A stretch of DNA of 64,000 bases from Candidatus Aenigmatarchaeota archaeon (GTDB lineage Archaea; Aenigmatarchaeota; Aenigmatarchaeia; GW2011-AR5). The position numbers and the translations under genes are program-made. This document shows, in pieces, positions 37,098 through 46,793 of this stretch. How positions within the stretch are numbered: the first letter of the stretch is position 1; each line of letters begins with the position of its first letter. The notes under the pieces are model-generated. The model was given only the letters and a program-made list of their open reading frames with translations, was not told the origin of the DNA and made no database searches. The stretch spans positions 64,001-128,000 of the forward strand of contig JACQID010000006.1 of assembly GCA_016198685.1 (NCBI GenBank), given 5' to 3'.

Positions 37098-37132
37098 AGT
37101 AATCACGTAATAAAACGTAATACTATCGTAAT
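37098..37132. promoter_or_regulatory. Four GTAAT repeats between TATA and start of the RHH fusion 2 gene (candidate operator)
   Basis: GTAAT at 37099, 37107, 37117, 37128; ATAGTA/TACTAT inverted pair at 37096-37126; minus-strand TATA TTAAATAT at 37133-37140. Confidence 0.5.
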
Positions 37133-37142
37133 ATATTTAAGC

Positions 37143-37826
37143 CTAATTAAAGGTTCTTTTAAGAACGACGACATAGCTAAGAGCCACGCGCCGCAGAAGC
37201 CTTCCAGGCATGATTTTTTCGACCATTTCAAAGAAATGAAGGGCAAATCTTGGAAGCTTGGAAACAAGTACAATGGGCTGGAATGTTTCGCATTCGAAGA
37301 AGGGCTGGGCAGCTTCCTCAAGTTCGGGGAAAGGCACTTTATTCTCTTTTCCCGGTATCTTCAACCCGATTGCGGCCATGATATCAATTAGCCATATCAT
37401 ACCGGGGTTAGGATATGTAATAAATAGTCTGCCACCGGGTTTGAGTATTCGGGAAATTTCAGAAAGATTGTTCTTGTAGCCGTCCATGTGTTCTATGACA
37501 TCAAGCATAGTGACAAGATCGAAGGATGCATCTTTGAAAGGGAGTTCTATGCTTCCTGTGAGCACCATATTTCTCAGGTTCTTTGCTCTCGCCGTTTCCA
37601 GCAAAGTCCTCGATATGTCAGAACCGCAGACATTGCTAAATCCATGCTGGTGCAAAAACTCAACATTTATGCCTGTACCGCATCCTACATCAAGTATGTT
37701 GGCTTCTTTTGATGTGTTCTCAAGGATCTTTTTCAGTTCGCGTACGCGGCGCTCAAAGTAGTATTTGTCCCTTCTGTCATCATAATCCTTCTTTGCGTCG
37801 AATAACTTCCTTACAGACTCATTCAT
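37143..37826 (-). CDS. Class I SAM-dependent methyltransferase
   Basis: ILDVGCGTG, GSDIS, LPFKDASFDLV, RILKPGG. Confidence 0.9.
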   Translation of the reverse strand: MNESVRKLFDAKKDYDDRRDKYYFERRVRELKKILENTSKEANILDVGCGTGINVEFLHQHGFSNVCGSDISRTLLETARAKNLRNMVLTGSIELPFKDASFDLVTMLDVIEHMDGYKNNLSEISRILKPGGRLFITYPNPGMIWLIDIMAAIGLKIPGKENKVPFPELEEAAQPFFECETFQPIVLVSKLPRFALHFFEMVEKIMPGRLLRRVALSYVVVLKRTFN

Positions 37827-39585
37827 GCGATTTCACCCTGTAAACGGTTCTCATATGGCCCTCGAACACTTTTTCTCCGCTAAAACTTTCAGGCAGAGAG
37901 ACAGGAATCCTTAGGATACTGTCGTTGTGGAGCACTATGTATTCCACGCCGTATTTTTCCATGTAGCTGTAAAAGTCTGCCTCATTCGTGTAATACGGGA
38001 ATTGTAGCACATTCATGGAAGCTTGAGAATAATACTCATAGAAATACGGAAATGAGTCCACCATGAGCGTCGCGTTTTTGAGGCCGGTAGGAATTATAAA
38101 ATCCTGGAAAAGCCTGTATGTGTTCAGGGAACTCTCGCCTTTTGCGTCAAGATCCGCATATGCAAACGATATAAAAAGCAAGTCAACTGCTATTATGAAA
38201 AGCATTGCAAGGATCATGAGATTCTTTCTTATTTTTTCTGTCAATACAGGAAGGTTCGATAAATTGATTATGCCTATTGCTGAAAAGAGGGCAAATATCG
38301 GTATTAGATGAAAGAGATACCTTGCAACAGGAAGCGTGATAGAGAGCGTGATATAAGTCATCGCGACATAGGCGAATAGTGCGGCTGCGTATTTCTTGCG
38401 AAGCCCGGATTTCCATGCCCCTAAAATCGCCAAGAGAAACAACAGTGGATTCCCAAAAACCAAAACCGGCGTCTGGTATATATAGCCGGCCATGGTATTG
38501 GCGTATTCTTTTATGACCATGGCGGGATCGCGGAGTGCCACATCGACGAAGGTTTCAGGTACTGTATCAAGTGAATATACATAATGGCTGAAATCGCGCC
38601 CTCCATATGCTCCTACTATAAGATATCCAAGATCGCTGGCAAATGGCCCTCCTGCAACCTCCATATTGCGCATAAGCCAGGGTGAAACGATGATGACAAA
38701 TATGGCAATTATTGCCGCGGTTCTTATCATGGCAGTTTTAAGCGAGCCGGTTTCGGACCAGAGATAAGCGGTTATCGCCAAGGGGAAGGCGTATATGGCC
38801 TGATAACGTACAAGATAAGAAACCGCAAGCATCATGCCGGCGAATATATAATCAATAGGACTCTCTTTCAGCCGGAAAACGGCAAGGAGGAAAAGCGTGC
38901 CGGCAAGCATGAATGCAAGTTCTGTATGGACAACACGGGAGTTGGCAAAGACAGTCCAATCGAAAGAAAGTAATACTGCGCCAAGGATGGACGCCTTATC
39001 TCCAGAGACTTTCCTGAAAAAAAGATATCCGGCCACCGGAACAAGAGAACTTAATATGACAGATAAAAACTTCTCGACAAAAAACGAAACTCCAAGAAGC
39101 TTGTAAAATAACGCTATGGCGTACGGCATGAGCGGAGCCCGGGATGTCTCTGGGAAAGGGATTGAATCTTTTCTAAGCATGACATCCCATAAAGAGCTAG
39201 AAATGAAACCTTCGCCGCGATAAATATGCATTGCTATTGAAGAATAGTGGGCGCCATCATGATAATAGAAGCTCTCTGGAACATAGAACGAGAGAGCAAG
39301 CTTCATTGCAAAATTAGCCAAGAATATGATGCATATTATGACAATAGGGTTTGCTTTTTCTGCGGCTGTAAGAATTTTTGAAACCTCAACTCGCAGTGAT
39401 TGAAATATATCGGGAAATGATATTGCCGCAGCTGCCGCGAAAGAGAATAGCGATATCAAGGCGCTTAGTGCTCTTCCCATCTCAGGCGTAAGCAAATCCG
39501 TAGTAACGATCCGGTTGGGCAGGTCGTTAAGAGCTAAAAATGCCAGTCCGGCTATGATGAAAAGAATGACTGCATTTATTTTCGT
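37819..39585 (-). CDS. GT-C (ArnT/PMT-like) membrane glycosyltransferase; start uncertain (39495 TTG, or non-canonical ACG 39585)
   Basis: YHDGAHY, RAPLMP, HTELAF, YLVRYQ, SPWLMRN, ARYLFHLIP; the frame stays open for 31 more codons upstream, encoding an extra TM helix. Confidence 0.75.
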   Translation of the reverse strand, partial: TKINAVILFIIAGLAFLALNDLPNRIVTTDLLTPEMGRALSALISLFSFAAAAAISFPDIFQSLRVEVSKILTAAEKANPIVIICIIFLANFAMKLALSFYVPESFYYHDGAHYSSIAMHIYRGEGFISSSLWDVMLRKDSIPFPETSRAPLMPYAIALFYKLLGVSFFVEKFLSVILSSLVPVAGYLFFRKVSGDKASILGAVLLSFDWTVFANSRVVHTELAFMLAGTLFLLAVFRLKESPIDYIFAGMMLAVSYLVRYQAIYAFPLAITAYLWSETGSLKTAMIRTAAIIAIFVIIVSPWLMRNMEVAGGPFASDLGYLIVGAYGGRDFSHYVYSLDTVPETFVDVALRDPAMVIKEYANTMAGYIYQTPVLVFGNPLLFLLAILGAWKSGLRKKYAAALFAYVAMTYITLSITLPVARYLFHLIPIFALFSAIGIINLSNLPVLTEKIRKNLMILAMLFIIAVDLLFISFAYADLDAKGESSLNTYRLFQDFIIPTGLKNATLMVDSFPYFYEYYSQASMNVLQFPYYTNEADFYSYMEKYGVEYIVLHNDSILRIPVSLPESFSGEKVFEGHMRTVYRVKSHE

Positions 39586-39588
39586 GGT

Positions 39589-40371
39589 TCACACCTCTGT
39601 TGCGAATTTACGGCTCTTGACAAGCCCGCGGCTGCTCAGGGTATACTCAAGCAATGTTTTCAGGATGGAAAGGGAATATTTCACGCTTTCCGTGAAAGGT
39701 ATCCCGTATCCGCTGTCAGGTCCGTAGTATGTGGGTATAGGTATCTCCTTTATAACAAACTTTTTCTGCACTATCTGAATGAGTATTTCTGTATCGAAAA
39801 AATACCTGTCTGTCAGTTTCTCAAAATTGATCTGCTTAAGGTGGGCGCAACTGTATGCGCGAAAGCCGGAATGGAACTCAGTTAGCTTGGTGCCGAGGAC
39901 AAGATTCTCTATTGCCGTCAATACTTTGCTCCCTATGAGCTTATAGAAAGGCATACCGCCCTTGCGCGGGTTTCCCAGCATACGCGATCCATATACCAGA
40001 GCGCATGTACCGTCCATAAGCGACAGGGCTTCTATTATTTTTTCGTTGCCCGGGTGCTGCTTGTCGCCATGCACCATAAAAACTATTGCATAGCCGTTGT
40101 CTATCGCGTACCTGTAAGCGACTTTCTGCGTGCCGCCGTATCCGAGATTATGGGGATTTTTCTTAAGAATCAAGTTGCTCATGGTGTGCTGCTTTTTGTA
40201 TTGTAAAACGGCATCGGATGTGTTATCAGCACTGCCGTCGTCTATGACAAGTATGGTTGCGTTCTTTCTAATGCCTGAGGGAATATCATCTATGACCCTG
40301 GCAACAGTCCTTTCGCAGTTATATGCGGGTATGAAGATGCAAACTTTGGCTGTAGCTTTCATTTTCGCCAC
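39589..40371 (-). CDS. GT2 glycosyltransferase (polyprenol-phosphate glycosyltransferase-like)
   Basis: IPAYNCE, IDDGSADNT, NLGYGG, HGDKQH, GSR, HSGFRAYS, FDTE, EIPIPTYY. Confidence 0.92.
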   Translation of the reverse strand: MAKMKATAKVCIFIPAYNCERTVARVIDDIPSGIRKNATILVIDDGSADNTSDAVLQYKKQHTMSNLILKKNPHNLGYGGTQKVAYRYAIDNGYAIVFMVHGDKQHPGNEKIIEALSLMDGTCALVYGSRMLGNPRKGGMPFYKLIGSKVLTAIENLVLGTKLTEFHSGFRAYSCAHLKQINFEKLTDRYFFDTEILIQIVQKKFVIKEIPIPTYYGPDSGYGIPFTESVKYSLSILKTLLEYTLSSRGLVKSRKFATEV

Positions 40372-40372
40372 T

Positions 40373-41113
40373 TCATTCGGAAATATGTAATTTTCCCCAA
40401 CGATTGCTGTCGAGGGTCATGTCCTGCGTGAGTTTCACTCCACCCTTTTTTAGATAATCGGCATAAGAAATCGGCTTCACATCAGGCGTTGTAATTTTAG
40501 CAAGTTCATACATGCTCATTTTTCTGTCACCGGCTATGTGAAGTATGCCTGTCCTGTTTTCGTCCAGCGCTTTCTTTATTCCTTTAGCCAGATCGTCGGC
40601 AAAGAGATAAGTGCCCCACCTGTCCGTGAACGCGCCTTCATATGGCCATTTTTCCCGGGGGACGAAGTTGCCGCGAACTATAAGTGTCTTAAGAGATGCT
40701 GCCTGAACTGCAGCTTCGGCCATGGCCTTAGTGGCGCCGTAAAAATTATCGGGGTCAGGCGTATCGTCCTCCGTGTACATTCCTTTATCGCCCCTGAAAA
40801 CGCATGGCGTTGACATGAGCATGAAATAGCATGCAGGATTTGCAGACTGGCATGCTCCCAGCATGTTTATTGTGCCCTTTACATTGACGGTCCATGCCTT
40901 GCTCTTGTCGCGTTCGCACTCAGGCACGCTGGTCATGGCGGCAAGATGTATAACGATATCCGGCATAGCCTTGGCAATATATTTGCGTACAGAATCTTCC
41001 CGGTTTACGTCAAGATCTCGGCTCGAAGGCTTCAGCGCCCCGGGAAATAAAATCGACAACTCCCGGCCCAGCCGTCCGCCAGAGCCAGTGATGAGCATCA
41101 TTTTGGCAGCCAT
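40373..41113 (-). CDS. RmlD-like dTDP-4-dehydrorhamnose reductase family SDR
   Basis: ITGSGGRLG, HLAAMTSV..CE, STPCVF, FYGATK. Confidence 0.82.
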   Translation of the reverse strand: MAAKMMLITGSGGRLGRELSILFPGALKPSSRDLDVNREDSVRKYIAKAMPDIVIHLAAMTSVPECERDKSKAWTVNVKGTINMLGACQSANPACYFMLMSTPCVFRGDKGMYTEDDTPDPDNFYGATKAMAEAAVQAASLKTLIVRGNFVPREKWPYEGAFTDRWGTYLFADDLAKGIKKALDENRTGILHIAGDRKMSMYELAKITTPDVKPISYADYLKKGGVKLTQDMTLDSNRWGKLHISE

Positions 41114-42084
41114 CCTGTTTTTTGCAGCAACGCTTTTATTCCCGTCCCATCCAGAAGCCTGGTGTTGGCTGACGTATATTCCAATACCTGGCCAGTCTTT
41201 CCGGGATCCATCTTCCTATAAGGAGCGATATCATAATAGTCTTCTGATTCAACTATCCGGTTCATCTCGTCTTCGGATACAAGAACCTCATGGGTCTTTT
41301 CGCCCGGTCGCATGCCGGTGTAAACTATCTTTCCTTTTCCGCCAAGTTCCTTTATCATGGCATTGGCAAGATCGACTATCTTGCAGGAAGGCGCTTTTTT
41401 GACAAGTATATGCCCATCGTCGGCGTCAGTGGCTTTTAGCACAAGGTCTATTGCATCATCGAGCGTCAAAAGGAATCTTGTCATCTCAGGATGCGTGACA
41501 GGCACGTTTTTGCCCTGTAATATGCGCTCCTTAAAGAAGGGGATAACACTGCCCCGGCTTCCTATGACGTTGCCGTAGCGGACGCACACAAATTTAGTGC
41601 CGCCCTTGCCTGAACTGTCTGAAACCATTATCCGCTCCTGTATAGCCTTGGTCATGCCCATGACATTAACAGGCTTGACCGCCTTATCAGTGCTTATGGC
41701 TATGACACGCTCTACGTTGTTTGCTATGGCTGCCGTCTTGACGTTGGAAGCGCCCAAGATATTGGTTTTGACGGCTTCCATGGGATGATATTCGCATCTG
41801 GGAACCTGCTTTATTGCAGCGGCATGATAGATTACCTGTATCCCACGGGAAGCATCAAGGATACGATCATAATCCCTCACGTCGCCAAGGACGAATTTGA
41901 TCAGGCTTAGATATTCTTCAAATTCCTCTTCCATCTGCCTCTGCTTTTCTTCGTCACGGGAAAAGACGGTTATCGAAGCAGTGCCCATAGTAAGCAGGCG
42001 CTTTACAATATGGCGTCCGAAGCTTCCGGTCCCGCCAGTGATGAGGACGTTTTTGCCCTTGATGTTAGGTGTTTGGGTTACCAT
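41098..42084 (-). CDS. UDP-N-acetylglucosamine 4,6-dehydratase (CapD/FnlA/PseB family)
   Basis: ITGGTGSFG, SRDEEKQ, GDVRD, HAAAIKQVP, STDKAVKPVNVMGMTK, VRYGNVIGSRGSVIP, RPGEK.HE. Confidence 0.93.
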   Translation of the reverse strand: MVTQTPNIKGKNVLITGGTGSFGRHIVKRLLTMGTASITVFSRDEEKQRQMEEEFEEYLSLIKFVLGDVRDYDRILDASRGIQVIYHAAAIKQVPRCEYHPMEAVKTNILGASNVKTAAIANNVERVIAISTDKAVKPVNVMGMTKAIQERIMVSDSSGKGGTKFVCVRYGNVIGSRGSVIPFFKERILQGKNVPVTHPEMTRFLLTLDDAIDLVLKATDADDGHILVKKAPSCKIVDLANAMIKELGGKGKIVYTGMRPGEKTHEVLVSEDEMNRIVESEDYYDIAPYRKMDPGKTGQVLEYTSANTRLLDGTGIKALLQKTGWLPK

Positions 42085-42103
42085 TCGGTATAATTGACGG
42101 AAA

Positions 42104-42802
42104 ATGTTTTTAAATCAAGGAAAAGTGCAGGAATTTAACGTTTTGCCGGAAGTTATTCAAATGGATTCCAAGAACAGGCACTGGGGCAGCAAACCGGTGC
42201 ATACAAACTCTTCTGACAAAAGGCGCGACATAATCATATCCATGATACCGTCGTCGGGAAGGATACTCGATGTAGCTTGTGGGGACGGGGCAACGCTTTC
42301 GCGGATTACCGCAGAAGAAAAGCATGGCGTGGATATAAACTCTGAGAACGTGCGAGAAGCCAAAAAACACGGCATAAAAGCTATTCAGCGTGACGTGGAT
42401 GAAGGGCTTCCATATCAGGATGGGTATTTCGATACCGTAATTACAGAAGGCCTTATACAACATTTATATTCCCCAGAAAATCTGATAGAGGAAATAGCAA
42501 GGGTTCTAAGACCAGGAGGGCTGTATATAGGCAGCATGACTAACAATTATCATTTATGGCACAGGGTAATGTATTTATTGGCAAGGCCCGAAGATTCGTT
42601 CCTTTTCCGGAATAGAGCATGGCAGATATCCTCCAGTTTCTTTACATTAAACGGGTTCAAAAAACTGCTTTCTAAACATTTTGAGATAATCAGCTGTACC
42701 GCAAAACCCGGAAGATTTTCATCAGTATTTCCATCCGTTTTCGGCTGGGATATTGTATGGAAAGTCAGGAAATGTGCAGAGAGAAGAAAAACGCACTTAT
42801 AA
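42104..42802 (+). CDS. Class I SAM-dependent methyltransferase (start uncertain, 42143 or 42161)
   Basis: ILDVACGDG, GVDIN, LPYQDGYFD, RVLRPGG. Confidence 0.88.
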   Translation: MFLNQGKVQEFNVLPEVIQMDSKNRHWGSKPVHTNSSDKRRDIIISMIPSSGRILDVACGDGATLSRITAEEKHGVDINSENVREAKKHGIKAIQRDVDEGLPYQDGYFDTVITEGLIQHLYSPENLIEEIARVLRPGGLYIGSMTNNYHLWHRVMYLLARPEDSFLFRNRAWQISSSFFTLNGFKKLLSKHFEIISCTAKPGRFSSVFPSVFGWDIVWKVRKCAERRKTHL

Positions 42803-42838
42803 TAACCAGTTTTTAAGTTTTTGCCACATCAATACAGT

Positions 42839-43903
42839 ATGGGTTATAGCAGTGGCAAGGTTGCCGTAGATTGCATATTTTTCCGGGGAGACGTGCCGTG
42901 CAAACCGCATAAAGAAAAAGGCGCAAAATGCAAGTGCGAATTCTATATAAAACGCGGCAAAAGGATACTCATAATAAAGCTGGGCGCCATGGGCGATGTT
43001 TTGCGTTCAACACCAATCACTGAAAGGCTTAGAAAGCTCTATCCCGGGTGTGAAGTCACGTGGATAAGCAATTATCCCGATCTTGCTAGGAAAGCCGCGG
43101 ATATAGTCATGGGATTCAATGAAAGGACTGTCGTGACCCTGATGGCAGACGAATTCGACATATTATACAATTTTGACAAGGACAAGGAAGCATGTGCATT
43201 AGCTTCGCTCGTAAAAGCGAAAATGAAAAAAGGCTTTGTGCTCCAAGACGGTAAATGTGCTCCTGCAGATAAGGATGCCGAACACAAGTTTGTGACAGGC
43301 GTTTTCGACGATGAGAGCAAGAAGAATACCAAGACATATCAGGAGGAAATGTTTGAAATCGCGGGTCTTGATTACGAAGGCGAAAAATATGCCATGGAGT
43401 CCGAGGAATTCAATGGAAATATCCCTCAGGGGAAGCTCATAGGCCTGAATACCGGCGGGGCAGAAAGATGGACTGCGCGTCTTTGGCCGGAATCCCAATG
43501 GCAGCAGCTAGCTCTTTTGCTAAAGAAGAAGGGATATATTCCTCTGCTTCTAGGTGGAGAAGCCGAAGATCAGAAGAATAAAAGAATCGCCGCCACGACC
43601 GGGGCGGTTTATTTGGGCTATTTTTCTTTCAGCCAGTTTGCAGGCCTTGTCAAGAAATGCGAAGCAGTCGTAACCTGCGTAACTCTTGGTTTCCACGTTG
43701 CGGTCGGTATGGAAAGAAAAATAATACTTCTCAATAATATATTCAACAAGCACGAATTTGACCTCTACGGAAAGGGCGTGATAATAGAGCCGCCCAAGGC
43801 ATGCGCGTGCTTCTATAAGAGCGAGTGCGTCTATGGAAGAAGCTGCATGAATGATATAACGGCCGAAACTGTTGCCGCTGCCGTGGAAAAATTAGGGGCG
43901 TGA
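42839..43903 (+). CDS. GT9 family glycosyltransferase with Cys-rich termini
   Basis: IKLGAMGDVLRSTP, LNTGG...RLWPE, Cys-rich N-terminus DC.FFRGDVPCKPH and C-terminus CACF...C...C. Confidence 0.85.
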   Translation: MGYSSGKVAVDCIFFRGDVPCKPHKEKGAKCKCEFYIKRGKRILIIKLGAMGDVLRSTPITERLRKLYPGCEVTWISNYPDLARKAADIVMGFNERTVVTLMADEFDILYNFDKDKEACALASLVKAKMKKGFVLQDGKCAPADKDAEHKFVTGVFDDESKKNTKTYQEEMFEIAGLDYEGEKYAMESEEFNGNIPQGKLIGLNTGGAERWTARLWPESQWQQLALLLKKKGYIPLLLGGEAEDQKNKRIAATTGAVYLGYFSFSQFAGLVKKCEAVVTCVTLGFHVAVGMERKIILLNNIFNKHEFDLYGKGVIIEPPKACACFYKSECVYGRSCMNDITAETVAAAVEKLGA

Positions 43904-45117
43904 ACATGGAAAAAATAGATCACCAGATAGGAATAGGATGCCTGGAAATTACCGATAAGGAAAAAGAGTATGTTATGGATACGCTGGACAAAAAGAGACT
44001 CAGCCATGGCCCTTATCTGACAAAGCTTGAAAATACTATTGCTTCATTGCATGGGTGCAAATACGGAATTTCGATGAACAGCGGAACGAGCGCGCTGCGT
44101 ACAGCAGTCGCATGCCTGAAAGAAACAGAAGGCTGGAAGGACGGGGACGAGATACTCGTGCCTGCAGTGACGTTCATAGCGACCTCGAACGTCATAATAA
44201 GCAACGGCTTGAAGCCTGTTTTCGTGGATGTGGAGCCTGACTATTACAATATTGACCCGGTAAAGATAGAAGAGAAAATAACTGAAAGGACAAAAGGCAT
44301 GATAATAGTCCATCAATTCGGCCTTGCTTGCGACATGGATCCTATCATGGAACTTGTAAGGAAGCATAAGCTGAAACTGATAGAAGATACATGCGAGACT
44401 ATGTTCGTAGGTTATGGCGGAAAGCCTGTAGGGTCTTTTGCCGACATATCCTGCTTCTCCACGTATGTTGCGCATCTTATAACGACAGGGGTCGGCGGCA
44501 TAGCAACTACCAATAATCCTGAATATGCCGTCATACTCAAGAGCCTTGCAAACCATGGACGCGATTCGATATACATAAACATAGACGATGACAGGACCAG
44601 TGACGAGAAGAAGCTCTTTGATATTGTTGAGAGGCGATTCAAATTCGTGCGATTGGGTTATAGCTATCGGATAACTGAAATGGAAGGGGCTATAGGTGTA
44701 GCACAACTTGAGAGAAAAGATGAAATACTTCGCAAGCGACAGAACAATGCCGCTTACCTGACAGAACATTTGAAACAATACGGCGATTTTATCCAGCTTC
44801 CGGCCACGCGGCCCAAATGCGAGCATGCATTCATGATGTATCCCATAGTGGTAAAAGCGGGAAGCTTTACTAAGAGGGATATTGTAAATTTCCTTGAGAA
44901 GAATAATATTGAAACGCGTGACATGAATCCGCTGATAAACCAGCCCGTCTACATCAGATTATTCGGCAATATAGAAGACCAGTATCCTGTATCCAAATGG
45001 ATAAACGAGAACGGATTCTACATAGGATGCCACCAGGAAATCACGCAAAAAGAACTGGAATATATAATTATCAAGTTCGGGGAATTCTTTGCTCAGCTTA
45101 AAAATACTGGAGTATAG
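43900..45117 (+). CDS. DegT-family PLP enzyme with His in place of the catalytic Lys (ColD-like sugar 3-dehydratase)
   Basis: NSGTSAL, EDTCET, FSTYVAHLITTGVGG (His at 44473), HGR, FKFVRLGYSYR. Confidence 0.8.
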   Translation: MNMEKIDHQIGIGCLEITDKEKEYVMDTLDKKRLSHGPYLTKLENTIASLHGCKYGISMNSGTSALRTAVACLKETEGWKDGDEILVPAVTFIATSNVIISNGLKPVFVDVEPDYYNIDPVKIEEKITERTKGMIIVHQFGLACDMDPIMELVRKHKLKLIEDTCETMFVGYGGKPVGSFADISCFSTYVAHLITTGVGGIATTNNPEYAVILKSLANHGRDSIYINIDDDRTSDEKKLFDIVERRFKFVRLGYSYRITEMEGAIGVAQLERKDEILRKRQNNAAYLTEHLKQYGDFIQLPATRPKCEHAFMMYPIVVKAGSFTKRDIVNFLEKNNIETRDMNPLINQPVYIRLFGNIEDQYPVSKWINENGFYIGCHQEITQKELEYIIIKFGEFFAQLKNTGV

Positions 45118-45125
45118 TGGTATTG

Positions 45126-46085
45126 ATGCGTGCACTTATAACCGGAGTAACAGGTTTTGTAGGCAGCCACATGGCGGAATTTCTCTTAAATAAGGGCGTA
45201 GAAGTTCATGGCGCCAAAAGATGGCGAAGCCCCATGGACAATATAAAACACATCCGGAATGAGATAACGCTTGAAGAATGCGAGCTCCGTGATTTTGCAT
45301 CAATAAACAGGGTTATTTCCAAAGTCCGGCCGGACGTTATTTATCATCTTGCAGCCCAGTCATACGTGCCGGCAAGCTTCATATTGCCGGGCGACACGTT
45401 GGCCGTGAACGTCATAGGCACGGCCAATCTTCTTGAAGCCATACGACTGAATAAAATTGATCCTATAGTGCATATATGCAGCTCCTCTGAAGTATACGGG
45501 CAAGTGCGCCCCGAGGAAGTGCCGATAAAAGAAACCAATCCGCTAAGGCCCGTTTCTCCATATGCTGTAAGCAAAGTAGGGGAAGACATGCTCGGTTATC
45601 AGTATTTTGTTTCATACGGCATAAGGACCATAAGAACACGGATGTTCACGCACACGGGAGCTCGCCGAGGAGAATTTTTCGTTGAATCCTCTTTCGCAAA
45701 ACAGATTGCGGAAATAGAAAAGGGCGTGAAGAAAGAGCCATTCGTAAACGTCGGCAATCTTGAGTCTATAAGGACTTTTGCTGACGTAAGGGATGCCGTG
45801 CGTGCATACTGGTTGCTGACCGAAAAATGCAGGCCGGGTGAAGTCTATAACATCGGCGGCAATGCTACGATGAAAGTGGGCGAGATGTTGCAGAAGCTCA
45901 TAGCGATGTCAGAGATGAAGGATATTATAAAGCCGCGTATTGATCCTTCCCTGCTCAGGCCAAGCGACGTGACGCTCCAGATACCTGACACTACTAAATT
46001 CTCCAAGGAAACGGGATGGAAACCTGAAATTCCGTTTGAAAAGACCATGAAAGATATACTTGACTATTGGCGGGCAAGGGTGTAA
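45126..46085 (+). CDS. gmd: GDP-mannose 4,6-dehydratase-like SDR
   Basis: ITGVTGFVGSH, HLAAQSYV, SSSEVYG, PVSPYAVSK, GNLESIR, RPSD, WKPEIPF. Confidence 0.8.
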   Translation: MRALITGVTGFVGSHMAEFLLNKGVEVHGAKRWRSPMDNIKHIRNEITLEECELRDFASINRVISKVRPDVIYHLAAQSYVPASFILPGDTLAVNVIGTANLLEAIRLNKIDPIVHICSSSEVYGQVRPEEVPIKETNPLRPVSPYAVSKVGEDMLGYQYFVSYGIRTIRTRMFTHTGARRGEFFVESSFAKQIAEIEKGVKKEPFVNVGNLESIRTFADVRDAVRAYWLLTEKCRPGEVYNIGGNATMKVGEMLQKLIAMSEMKDIIKPRIDPSLLRPSDVTLQIPDTTKFSKETGWKPEIPFEKTMKDILDYWRARV

Positions 46086-46087
46086 TT

Positions 46088-46792
46088 GTGGATGTTTCTG
46101 TAGTTCTTCCTACCCTCAATGAAGCGCAGAACATAGAGAGCCTTGTAGATAGCCTGGAAGCGGTCTTGAAGAAGGCTAAACTAACAAGCGAACTCATAAT
46201 CGTGGATGATGAAAGTGAAGACGGAACTGCCGCGATAGCACGTAAGCTGAATACAAGATACGGAAATATCAAGACACTCGTCAGGACTGTTCGCGATGGA
46301 GCGGGAGCCGCGCATCTTCACGGCTACAAAAATGCGCGCGGTAAAATCGTGATTTCTATGGAATCTGACAATTCATGTGATGTCAACGATTTGCCAACAA
46401 TAGTGCAAAAAATAAACGCAGGCTATGATTTAGTCGTTGCCTCGCGATACGCCAAGGCCGGAAGCACCAACAAATCTGCAGCTAACATGATCATAAGCAG
46501 ATTAGGCAATATTTTCATTTCTACAATATCGGGAATAAGAATAAGCGACTTTACCATCGCATATCGCGGATTTCGCCGTGAAATAATCGAGAGAGTCGAA
46601 TGCAGGGAAAAGGACGGTAATCCCTTCCTCATGGAATTCATATTGAAAGCGAATAGAGCCGGATACAAAAAAATAACGGAGATACCTACGGTATACAGGG
46701 AAAGAGAATTCGGCGTGAGCAAGAACAAACTCATAAAAGCAATACCCCGTACGTTCTTCGCTGCAGTAAGGATAACGCTTACAGGCGCATGA
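46088..46792 (+). CDS. GT2 glycosyltransferase (DPM synthase-like)
   Basis: LPTLNE, VDDESEDGT, MESD, VASRY, EIPTVYREREFGVSK. Confidence 0.88.
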   Translation: MDVSVVLPTLNEAQNIESLVDSLEAVLKKAKLTSELIIVDDESEDGTAAIARKLNTRYGNIKTLVRTVRDGAGAAHLHGYKNARGKIVISMESDNSCDVNDLPTIVQKINAGYDLVVASRYAKAGSTNKSAANMIISRLGNIFISTISGIRISDFTIAYRGFRREIIERVECREKDGNPFLMEFILKANRAGYKKITEIPTVYREREFGVSKNKLIKAIPRTFFAAVRITLTGA

Positions 46793-46793
46793 A

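Noticed and set aside
39589-39591. Genome-wide UGA reassignment as the explanation for the GT2/GT-C junction
   Set aside because: Many genes end at TGA exactly where the family ends (cdc6, DP1-like, secF, gmhA), and there are no internal TGA codons in conserved genes.
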